Assembly: GCA_036229005.1 (NCBI GenBank)
Contig: JAZAMN010000052.1
Span: forward strand, 96,001-160,000
DNA length: 64,000 bases
Direction of reading: 5' to 3'
DNA from: Myxococcota bacterium
Lineage (GTDB): Bacteria; Myxococcota_A; UBA796; CAJQPC01
This document shows positions 9,182 through 17,523 of this stretch, piece by piece. The notes under the pieces are model-generated. The model made no database searches. It was given only the letters and a program-made list of their open reading frames with translations, and was not told where the DNA came from. The number at the start of each line of letters is the position of its first letter. Position 1 is the first letter of the stretch. Both the position numbers and the translations under genes were made by a program.

Positions 9182-10573
9182 TCAGCCGCCGTCCAGGTAG
9201 CCCGCCGCCTGCAGAGCCGCCTCCAGCCCGGGATCCGGCCCCCCGATCTGCCGCGCCGCGCTGTTCTGGGCGGCCTGGACACGCTCCAGCATGACCTCGC
9301 TGGCGGGGACGGGTGTTCCGGAGTGCTCTTGGGGGTCCTGGTCCAGGTGGTAGGCCCGGGACTGCCCGGCCACCCAGAGCTCCTTCTCCCCCTGGGGCCC
9401 CCAGATCGCGGCGGACAGCTCGGTGCCCAGCACGCCCCCGGACTGCTCGGCCCACAGGGGGTCGGGGAAGGCCACCGCGCGCGTGGGGTGCCCGGCCAGA
9501 GGCTGCCCCAGCACGAGCTCGCGGGCCTCCAGGATGGACAAGGGACCGCTCGGCAGGGGCTCAACGCCGGCGCTGTCCCAGACCAGCAGAGGGACGCGGC
9601 TGTTCTCTTCGTACAGATAGCGGCCGTGGCGCAGGATGCCGTGCTCTCCCAGGAACTCGCCGTGGTCGGAGGTCACCACCACCCGCAGCCCGGCCTGGTC
9701 CCAGCCGTGGGCGCGCACCTGCTCCAGCACCTGCCCCAGCGTGCGGTCGGCCTGCCAGAGCGCGCGGTCGTAGCGGTCGCTGACCTCGGTGCGCAGGGCC
9801 TCGGCCTCCGTGGGGTCCATGCGGCCTTGGACGTAGCGCTGCCAGGGGCCGTCGGGGAGCACCTGGCCGGCGTCGTCGACCTCGAAGTAGGCCAAGGTCC
9901 CGGGGTGCGCGGGCACCCAGTCCAGTTCGTCGGTGGGGGGGTACCAGGGGTCGTGCGCGTCCGCGATATTCACGAACAAGAACAAGGACTTATCGGGGTC
10001 GGCCTCGCGCAGGCTGCCCTTGAGCTGCTCGATGAGCCCGGCGCCGTTCCAGGGCCCAAAGCCTGGCGCCACCCGCCAGTCGCCGAAGCCCCGCCCCAGA
10101 CCGCTCGCCTGGTTCAGCACGGGGTTCCCGCTCACCCCGCGGGTCTGGAATCCCTGGGCGCTCAGGGCCTCGGCCAGGGTCGCGTGCTCGTCGCTCAGGG
10201 GTTGGATCGCCAGGGAGCGCAGCAGGGCCTGGTCCCCCACAAAGTGGGCGCCGTGCTCGGGCACCTCCAGGCCGGTGAAGAGGGAGGCGTGGCTGGGGAA
10301 TGTCCAGGACCCGGTCGCCACACCTTCGCAGCTCAGGGAGCCCCCGGACTCCACGAGACCCCGCAGCACCGGCGAGGTCGGTCTGTGGTAGCCGCAGGCC
10401 CCCAGGTGGTCCGCCCGCACCGTGTCGAGCACGACCAGCAGCACCGTGGGCTGGGTGGGGTGGCCCTGGTGCAGGCGGGTCTTGATGGGGTCCGAGAGCC
10501 ACGCCAGCGCCGTGCAGGCCACCGCGGTGAGCAGCATGGCACCCAGGCCCAGCTCGCGCTTGGAGAGGCTCAC
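9182..10573 (-). CDS. Sulfatase-like hydrolase/transferase (alkaline phosphatase superfamily)
   Basis: VVLDTVRADHL, WTFPSHASLFTG, DAHDPW, TSDHGEFLGEHG..RHG, C-terminal ALQAAGYL; N-terminal membrane anchor. Confidence 0.88.
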   Translation of the reverse strand: MSLSKRELGLGAMLLTAVACTALAWLSDPIKTRLHQGHPTQPTVLLVVLDTVRADHLGACGYHRPTSPVLRGLVESGGSLSCEGVATGSWTFPSHASLFTGLEVPEHGAHFVGDQALLRSLAIQPLSDEHATLAEALSAQGFQTRGVSGNPVLNQASGLGRGFGDWRVAPGFGPWNGAGLIEQLKGSLREADPDKSLFLFVNIADAHDPWYPPTDELDWVPAHPGTLAYFEVDDAGQVLPDGPWQRYVQGRMDPTEAEALRTEVSDRYDRALWQADRTLGQVLEQVRAHGWDQAGLRVVVTSDHGEFLGEHGILRHGRYLYEENSRVPLLVWDSAGVEPLPSGPLSILEARELVLGQPLAGHPTRAVAFPDPLWAEQSGGVLGTELSAAIWGPQGEKELWVAGQSRAYHLDQDPQEHSGTPVPASEVMLERVQAAQNSAARQIGGPDPGLEAALQAAGYLDGG

Positions 10574-11550
10574 GCGCGCAGGTCCGCGAACTGAGGCAGG
10601 AGCTCGAAGGGGTGGACCTCCAGCGCCTCCGCGGCCATCTCGATGCGCGAGGCGTGCAGGCTGCCCCCCAGCCGCGAGGCCACCCGCAGGTAGCCGATCT
10701 GGTGGGGATCCAGGCCCATGATGCGGGCGGAGGTGGCGTCCACGGCGGGCAGGTTGTCGCCCATGACCACCAGGCCCACCTGCTTGGCGCTGCCCATGAT
10801 GGGGCCGTCGCCCTCCATGCCGGTGATGCCGTCCACGATGGCAAAGCCCGGGGCCAGCCCCTGCCAGATGTCCACGATGGACTGCTCGATCCCGGCGTAG
10901 TGCAGGGGGTTCTTGGGCCAGCCGTAGACCGCGCCGGGCACCGTCCCGAAGAGGTTCTTGAGGGACAGCGTGCAGCCCACCCAGTGGTGGGTCTTGAGCT
11001 TGGGCAGGGAGACCAGCAGGTCGGCGGTGGCGGCGGTGCGCGCCAGCTTCATGCTGCCCATGCCGGTGAAGTCCTGGGGCAGGGCGACGTCCGCGGGGGT
11101 GTCGATGTTCAGGTCCACAAAGGGCAGGCCCAGGTGGCGCAGGAAGTAGTCCAGCCCGGAGCGCTCCAGCAGCAGCTCGGTGTCCCGGTGGTGGCCGGGG
11201 CCCTCCGCGACGATGACCTCGGCGGCGCCGTGGTGCAGGAAGGCTTCGCAGCAGGCGGCGATGAAGGTGGGGTGGGTGTTGATCGGGCGGCCCTCGTGCA
11301 CCTCCACCAGGTTGGGCTTGAGCACAACCCTGCCCCCCTTGGCCCGAGCGAGGACACCGGGGTACCCGGCGAGCCCCCGCCGCAGCAGGTCCACCAGATC
11401 CTGCTCGTAGTCGGCGGCCCGCAGGATGCTGACGCGGGAGACGGGCTGGCCGAACACGGCGCGTCCCTTCTGCAGGCCCAGGGCCCCCAGCGAGCCCGCG
11501 GCGGCGGCCCCGGCCAGGGCGGTGAGCAGCTTGCGGCGTTCGGGGTCCAC
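10570..11550 (-). CDS. DUF362 domain protein with Tat-like signal peptide
   Basis: ERRKLL plus hydrophobic stretch; VLKPNLV, AEGP, LPKLKTHH, SLKNLFG, DGITGMEGDGP, AVDAT. Confidence 0.85.
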   Translation of the reverse strand: MDPERRKLLTALAGAAAAGSLGALGLQKGRAVFGQPVSRVSILRAADYEQDLVDLLRRGLAGYPGVLARAKGGRVVLKPNLVEVHEGRPINTHPTFIAACCEAFLHHGAAEVIVAEGPGHHRDTELLLERSGLDYFLRHLGLPFVDLNIDTPADVALPQDFTGMGSMKLARTAATADLLVSLPKLKTHHWVGCTLSLKNLFGTVPGAVYGWPKNPLHYAGIEQSIVDIWQGLAPGFAIVDGITGMEGDGPIMGSAKQVGLVVMGDNLPAVDATSARIMGLDPHQIGYLRVASRLGGSLHASRIEMAAEALEVHPFELLPQFADLRA

Positions 11551-12324
11551 TCAGGCCTCCAGGAGAAGGGGGCTGCGGCCGATCTCGGCGGCCTGGAGGG
11601 CCAGAACGGCCAGAGCGTTGCGGTCGACACGCCCGGAGAACGCTCCTTCAACCTGCCTCTTGCGCAGGAGCTCCAGCTCGACGCTGGGATCCCGGCCGTG
11701 CCGCAGCCGGGCCAGGATGGCGTAGCTCAGGTTCAGGGTGGAGGGGGCCTCTCGGACGCCCTCGGCGAACTCCAGGGCCCGCTCCACGGCGTCCCCCGGG
11801 GGCAGCGCCAGCGCGCAGAGCCCCGCCGCGTACAGATAGCCGGGCAGGTCGGCGCCCAGCACGTCGGGGTTGCCGGAGTTCCACCCGCCGTCGCTGCACT
11901 GGCGGTCCACCAGCAGGGCGGTTCCCTGGACGCAGCGGGGGTGCTCGGCCTGGTCCTGGGCGCGCAGGCCCAGCACGCCCCATGCGGTGGGCTCCACCCA
12001 GGAGAAGGTGCCGTCCACCCAGGCCCAGCCGGGGATGGAGGCGTCGTAGGTGCCTGCGGAGATCCCGCCGGGGTCGCCTTGCAAGGCGAGCACCGCATCG
12101 ACCAGCGCCCGAGCGCGCCCCGGGTCGCGCCGCCGCAGCAGGCTGGGGCCCATGAGCGCCGCCCAGCCGAGCTCGGCGCGGTCCAGCCACGCGGGGTCGC
12201 CGGCGTCGCTGCAGGCCAAGGCCAGCAGGGTGGGCTCCGCGCTGGAGGGCTGGCCAGGCAGGTAGCCCCAGCCGCCGTCGGGGTTGGCCTGCGCCGCGAT
12301 CCAGCTCTGGGTCTGCTGCCACAT
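11551..12324 (-). CDS. Prenyltransferase/squalene-cyclase (alpha/alpha barrel) repeat protein
   Basis: Repeated QW-like motifs: QANPDGGWGY, GWAW..GTFSWVEPT, RQCSDGGWNSG, RQVEGAF. ATG at 12324. Confidence 0.75.
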   Translation of the reverse strand: MWQQTQSWIAAQANPDGGWGYLPGQPSSAEPTLLALACSDAGDPAWLDRAELGWAALMGPSLLRRRDPGRARALVDAVLALQGDPGGISAGTYDASIPGWAWVDGTFSWVEPTAWGVLGLRAQDQAEHPRCVQGTALLVDRQCSDGGWNSGNPDVLGADLPGYLYAAGLCALALPPGDAVERALEFAEGVREAPSTLNLSYAILARLRHGRDPSVELELLRKRQVEGAFSGRVDRNALAVLALQAAEIGRSPLLLEA

Positions 12325-12368
12325 GGGGCGCAGTGTACTCCCTGGCCGCAAGCGCTACCCTTGCCGCC

Positions 12369-15300
12369 GTGGAACCCCTGAGCGCCTACCGCGACCTGCG
12401 GCCCTTCGCTGGGCAGCACCGCAGCCTGCTGATGCGGGGGCGGACCCGGGCGGACGACCGGGCGGTGGTGATCAAGCAGGCCCAGGGCCACGCCGCACCT
12501 CGCCTGCAGAGAGAAGGTGCACTGCTGACGCGCGCCCAGGGGCCAGGGGTTGTGGAGGTGGTGGACTGGCGCCCAGAGCTGGGCCTCCTGGTCCTGGAGG
12601 ATCTGGGCCCGCGCAACCTGGCGGCCCGCCTGGGCGAAGGCCCGATGGAGCTGGGGGAGACCCTGCGGCTGGTGCAGCGGCTGGCCGGGACCCTGGCGAC
12701 CCTGCACCAGGCACAGGTGCTGCACCTGGACCTGCACCCCGAGAACGTGGTGCTGCGCGCGGACCAGCCGGTGCTGGTGGACCTGTCCAGCGGTGCGCGC
12801 ATTGGCGAGACCCCGCAGCCCCGCCGCGACGGCCCCCAGTGGCACCTGGCCCCCGAGCAGCAGCCCGGCAGCGGGCGCGAGGTGGGTCCCAAGACGGACC
12901 TGCACGGGCTGGGGGTGCTGATGTGGTGCTCCCTGGTGGGCGTGGGCCCGCCCATCGACGGGATCCACGCGCCCAGCCTGCGCTCGCTGGCGCCCCACCT
13001 GCCGGATGCGGTCCACCACCTGCTGGAGGCGCTGCTGCACCCGGCCCCGGAGGGTCGCCCCGAGAGCGCCGCGGCCGTGGCCTTGCAGGTCGCCAAGCTG
13101 CGCGCCCCCGGACTGCCACCGGAGCTGGCCAGCCTGCACCACTCCGAGGCGCGGGAGACCCTGGCGCGGGCGCTCGCTGCGGCCGACATCGGCGACATGT
13201 CGGTGGTGTACCTCAAGGGCGGCCCTGGCGCGGGCAAGTACCCCCTGGTGCGGCAGCTCACCGCGATGCCGCCTGCGCGGCGAGGGGTGGTGGCGATCGG
13301 GCGCTGCTCTCCCCTGCGCGACGGAGGCCCCTACGGCCCCTGGCTCGCGGCGCTGCGCATGGGGATCCACTCCGCGATGGAGGGGAACAACGCGGCGGAG
13401 AACCTGCAGGCGGTGCGCGAGGCGATCGGCCCGGACGCCGGCCTGCTCCTGCGCATGGTCCCCGAGCTGGAGGACCTGCTGGGGCTCGATGCCCCCCGGG
13501 CCCTGGGCGAGCCCAGCGGAGAGCAGGCCCTGGCCAACCTGGTGCGGCGGGTGCTGCAGGCGCTCTGCAGGCCCGGCGCCCCCCTGGTGCTGGTCCTGGA
13601 GGAGGCCCAGTGGCTGGACCAGGCCAGCGTCCGGCTGCTGGAGAGCCTGGCCAGCCCCCCGCGCCACAGCGGGCTGCTGCTGCTGCTCACCTACCAGCGG
13701 GAAGCCGTCTTGGCGGGCGACCCCCTGGACCGGGCGCTGCAGGCCCTGGAGAGCCGGCGCCCCCAGCGCATCCGCCTGTCTCCCATGACCGAACAGCAGC
13801 TCCTGCTGCTCTGCCGACAGCACCTGGATCTGGAGGACGGAGAAGCCCGCGCCCTGGCCAGCGTGCTACTGCGGGCCAGCGGCGGGCTCCCGGGGAAGGC
13901 GCTGCGGGCGCTCCGCCAGCTCCACAGCAGCGGCGCCCTGCGGCAGGACTTGTGGCAGGGGAGCTGGACCTGGGACGTGAAACGCCTGGCGCAGATCGAC
14001 GATCGCCTGGTGCCCGAGAAGCTGGGCCTGCTGGAGCTCGCCGACCTGCCCCCCGCCGCCGCCACGCTGATCGGGCAGGCCTCGTGCATGGGCCCCGAGG
14101 GGGAGATCCAGGCGCTGGCGCGGGTGTCTGGCAGCTCAATGGCGGAGCTGCGCCCCTTCCTGGAGGCCGCCGCCGAGGCCCGCCTGATCTACCTGAACGG
14201 TAGGAGCTGGCGCATGGCCGACCAGGAGCTGCAGCAGGTCGCCCGCGAGCGCTTGCCGCAGGCGCTGCGCCTCCAGACGCACCGGCGCATCGCCCGGCTG
14301 CACCTGGAGAAGGGCGACGTGGAGCACTTCTTTGTGGGGGTGGACCACCTGAACCTGAGCGCGGGGCCCCAGGAGACGGACGCCGAGCGCCAGGAGCGTG
14401 CCCACCTGAACGTGGAGGCGGCCCGCCGGGCGCGGCACGGCTCGGCCTACGACGCGTCCTTTGCCTACACGGCCGCAGCGCTGGCCGCCGCGCCCTCCCA
14501 CTGGAGCGCCCGAAACCGCCTGGAGCTCTACAAGGAGGCCGCGGTCACCGCCCACCTGTCGGGCGACCAGGCCCGGGCCCAGCGCATGCTGGAGCAGGCC
14601 ACCGCCCACGCGCAGGGGGCGCTGGAGCGGGCGGTGCTGGCCGAGATCCGGGTCCACACCCTGCTCACCAGCGGCAAGCTGGCCGAGGCCCGCCAGGTGG
14701 GGCTGAGCGCCCTCGCCGAGTTCGAGCTGAGCCCGGAGCAGCAACCCCAGGTCCCCTCGCCGCCTCAGCTCTCGCGCCTGATCACCCAGCCCCCGGAGCT
14801 GGGGCAGCTCACCAAGGTCCGGAACGCCCTGCTGGCCCGGATGATCCAGCTCGGCTGGTACCAGGATCCCGCGCTGGTCCGCTGGGCGGCCGGGCAGCTC
14901 TGCGCGCTCGCCGTCCAGGAGGGCCCCACCGCCGAGACCGCCGTCGGCATGCTCGCCGTGGCCCTGGGACACAGCCTGAGCGGCTCGCCCAAGCTGGGGC
15001 TGCAGCTCGGAGAGGACGCCCGCTCCCTGGCCTTCGCCGTCGACCCCGACGACCCCTGGGTGCCCTACGTGCAGGCGGTCCTGGCCGCCCGGCTGGAGGC
15101 CCAGGTCCACAGCGCCCCCCAGGTGCTGGAGCGCCTGAGCGCAGCGATCTCCCGCCTGGAGACCCTGGGGCGCCACCACGACGCGCTGGTGTTCGCCGTC
15201 CCTCGCGCTCTGCTGGCCCTGCAGGCCGGACAGCCCCTGGCCGAGGTCGAGCAGCGCTGCGAGCAGGACCTGGAGCAGGCCCGCCGCCTCCAGCACCTGG

Positions 15301-17513
15301 GCGCGCTCGACCGGCTGCAGGTGCTCCGCCAGCTCTGCCGGGCCCTGGCCGGCAAGACCCGCCCGGGGCGCCTGGACGACGCCGGCTTCACCGAGTCCGA
15401 CCTGCTCGCCGCCGCCGCCACCGACATCGAGACGCGGGCGCTGCTGGAGGCCAGCGCCCTGTGGCTGGCGGTCCTGGCCGACGACCCCCTGAGCGCCCGA
15501 ATCCGCGCCGACGCAGCCACCGAGGCCTGGGGGCTGCTCGGCCCCAGCGCGATCGCCCCGCTACTGCACACCCTGCGGGGGATCGCCCGCCTGATGGGGC
15601 GCCCTGGCGCCGAGAGCATCGCCCAGGCCGAGGCCGACCAGCGCTGGCTGGACAGCGCCGGCTGGTCCCTCGCGGCCCTGCTGCTCCGCGCCGAGCTCCA
15701 GCGCGCCCAGGGGCAGCAGCTCTCGGCCCTGGGCAGCTACGATGCGAGCATCCAGGGTGCCCGGGAGCTGGGGCCCGCCTGGGTGCTGCTCGCCGCCTCC
15801 CGGGCCGCCAGCTTCCACGGCGCCTCTGGCCGCGCCCAGATCGCGGAGAGCTATCGGAGCGTGGAGCGGCGGGCGCAGGCCGCCTGGACCGAGGAGACCT
15901 CGCCGGCACCCCGTCGCGCAGAGGGGGTCGCGCCCCAAGATGCCAAGGGGGTGTTGGGCAACCTGCTGCACGCCTTCACGTTGGCCTCCCTCGCCCAAGG
16001 ATGCGCGCTGGTCCTCTGCCAGCCCGAAGGACCGGTCCTGCAGCTCCGCCACGGCCCCGAGGGCCTGACCACCCACCAGGAGCCCGTCACCGACTCCAGC
16101 CCCGTGAGCGCCGCGGCTGTTCGCGTCGTGCTGGCCACCCAGCGCCCCCTCCAGTCCGGCGCCTGCAGCTCCGACCCCCGCCTGCAGGGCGACGACTGGC
16201 TCCGCCGCTCCGGCACCCGCAGCCTGCTGGCCTGGCCCCTGCGCGCCGACGGTCGGATCCTGGGCGTCGTGCTGCTGGAGAGCCGCGTCCCCGCCTCCCT
16301 GGTGACGCCGCCGCCCCTGCTGCACCTGCTCCGAAAGCAGCTCATCGCCACCCTGCTCCAGCAGGAGAAGCTCACCGAGCTGCAGCTCAGCGCCCGCAGC
16401 CAACCCACCCACACCACCGCCCAGGAGACCACCGAGCTGCGCTTCCAGGACCTGTTCGCCGGCGCCCCCGACCCCATGCTGCTCTGCGACGACGACGGGC
16501 GGGTCGTCCTGGCCAACGCCCCCGCCGAGCGCGCCTTGGGCCTGCTGCACCTCAAGCACCGCCGCCTCGGCCAGCTCCTGCACGCCCCCGAGGCCATCGC
16601 GCGCGCCACCCCGGAGCTGATGACCCTCGGCGAGGTCCACGGCCTGGAGCTCACCCTCCCCTCCGGCCCCTACCTGGCCTCGGCCACGCGCCTGCACATG
16701 GGCGGCCGCGCGCCTCTGAGCGTGTGGGTGCTGCGCAGCGTCGCCCCCCTGGTCCAGGCCACCCGCGCCCTGGAGCAGCGCATCGCGGAGCGCACCGAAC
16801 AGCTCACCCGCTCCAACGCCGAGCTGGAGTCCTCCAACGCCGAGCTCCGCCAGTTCGCCACCCTGGCCTCCCACGACCTCAAGTCCCCCGTCCGCACCGT
16901 CTCCAGCTACCTGAGCCTGCTCCAGCGCCGCCACAGCGACCAGCTCGACGAGAAGGGCCGCAGCTACCTGGAGCGCAGCGTCGCCGGCACCTTGCGCATG
17001 CAGACCCTGATCGACGACCTGCTCAGCTTCTCCCAGGTCGGCCAGGACCGCCGCCCCTTTGTGCGCGTCGAGCTCAGCGAGGTCCTGGGCACCGCCATCG
17101 AGAACCTCCAGGGCGAGATCCTGGCCACCGGCGCCCGCGTCGAGCTCCCCAGCCTGCCCGCCGTCCCCGGCAACCCCTCCCGCCTGGGCCAGCTCTTCCA
17201 GAACCTGCTGGGCAACGCCCTCAAGTACCGGCGCGAGGGCGTCGCTCCCCACGTGCGCGTACAGGCCCACGCCCGCGGCGGCCTGCTGCACCTGCGCATC
17301 ATCGACAACGGCATCGGCATCCCCGCCGCCTCCCAGCACGTCGTGTTCAACATCTTCAAGCGCCTGCACGGCAAGGGCAGCTACTCCGGCAACGGCATCG
17401 GGCTGGCCATCTGCCGCAAGATCGTGGAGCTGCACGGCGGCCGCATCTGGGTCGAGTCCCACGACGGCCCCGGCACCACCTTCGCCCTCACGCTGCCCAC
17501 CTACGCCGAGTGA
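12369..17513 (+). CDS. Multidomain Ser/Thr kinase-like / AAA (STAND) / TPR-like / GAF / PAS / histidine kinase sensor
   Basis: VVIK and HLDLHPEN (kinase); GGPGAGK and LVLEEAQW (AAA_16); GAF (RSLLAWPL..GVVLLE); PAS; ASHDLKSP, NLLGNALKY, DNGIGI, GNGIGLAIC. Start GTG 12369 inferred from a -10 motif (ORF track 12333). Confidence 0.88.
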   Translation: MEPLSAYRDLRPFAGQHRSLLMRGRTRADDRAVVIKQAQGHAAPRLQREGALLTRAQGPGVVEVVDWRPELGLLVLEDLGPRNLAARLGEGPMELGETLRLVQRLAGTLATLHQAQVLHLDLHPENVVLRADQPVLVDLSSGARIGETPQPRRDGPQWHLAPEQQPGSGREVGPKTDLHGLGVLMWCSLVGVGPPIDGIHAPSLRSLAPHLPDAVHHLLEALLHPAPEGRPESAAAVALQVAKLRAPGLPPELASLHHSEARETLARALAAADIGDMSVVYLKGGPGAGKYPLVRQLTAMPPARRGVVAIGRCSPLRDGGPYGPWLAALRMGIHSAMEGNNAAENLQAVREAIGPDAGLLLRMVPELEDLLGLDAPRALGEPSGEQALANLVRRVLQALCRPGAPLVLVLEEAQWLDQASVRLLESLASPPRHSGLLLLLTYQREAVLAGDPLDRALQALESRRPQRIRLSPMTEQQLLLLCRQHLDLEDGEARALASVLLRASGGLPGKALRALRQLHSSGALRQDLWQGSWTWDVKRLAQIDDRLVPEKLGLLELADLPPAAATLIGQASCMGPEGEIQALARVSGSSMAELRPFLEAAAEARLIYLNGRSWRMADQELQQVARERLPQALRLQTHRRIARLHLEKGDVEHFFVGVDHLNLSAGPQETDAERQERAHLNVEAARRARHGSAYDASFAYTAAALAAAPSHWSARNRLELYKEAAVTAHLSGDQARAQRMLEQATAHAQGALERAVLAEIRVHTLLTSGKLAEARQVGLSALAEFELSPEQQPQVPSPPQLSRLITQPPELGQLTKVRNALLARMIQLGWYQDPALVRWAAGQLCALAVQEGPTAETAVGMLAVALGHSLSGSPKLGLQLGEDARSLAFAVDPDDPWVPYVQAVLAARLEAQVHSAPQVLERLSAAISRLETLGRHHDALVFAVPRALLALQAGQPLAEVEQRCEQDLEQARRLQHLGALDRLQVLRQLCRALAGKTRPGRLDDAGFTESDLLAAAATDIETRALLEASALWLAVLADDPLSARIRADAATEAWGLLGPSAIAPLLHTLRGIARLMGRPGAESIAQAEADQRWLDSAGWSLAALLLRAELQRAQGQQLSALGSYDASIQGARELGPAWVLLAASRAASFHGASGRAQIAESYRSVERRAQAAWTEETSPAPRRAEGVAPQDAKGVLGNLLHAFTLASLAQGCALVLCQPEGPVLQLRHGPEGLTTHQEPVTDSSPVSAAAVRVVLATQRPLQSGACSSDPRLQGDDWLRRSGTRSLLAWPLRADGRILGVVLLESRVPASLVTPPPLLHLLRKQLIATLLQQEKLTELQLSARSQPTHTTAQETTELRFQDLFAGAPDPMLLCDDDGRVVLANAPAERALGLLHLKHRRLGQLLHAPEAIARATPELMTLGEVHGLELTLPSGPYLASATRLHMGGRAPLSVWVLRSVAPLVQATRALEQRIAERTEQLTRSNAELESSNAELRQFATLASHDLKSPVRTVSSYLSLLQRRHSDQLDEKGRSYLERSVAGTLRMQTLIDDLLSFSQVGQDRRPFVRVELSEVLGTAIENLQGEILATGARVELPSLPAVPGNPSRLGQLFQNLLGNALKYRREGVAPHVRVQAHARGGLLHLRIIDNGIGIPAASQHVVFNIFKRLHGKGSYSGNGIGLAICRKIVELHGGRIWVESHDGPGTTFALTLPTYAE

Positions 17514-17523
17514 CCCCGCGCCC

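Noticed and set aside
9121..9564. N-terminal extension of the hybrid kinase ORF
   Set aside because: It overlaps the sulfatase-like gene on the same strand and has a low-complexity, non-protein-like translation
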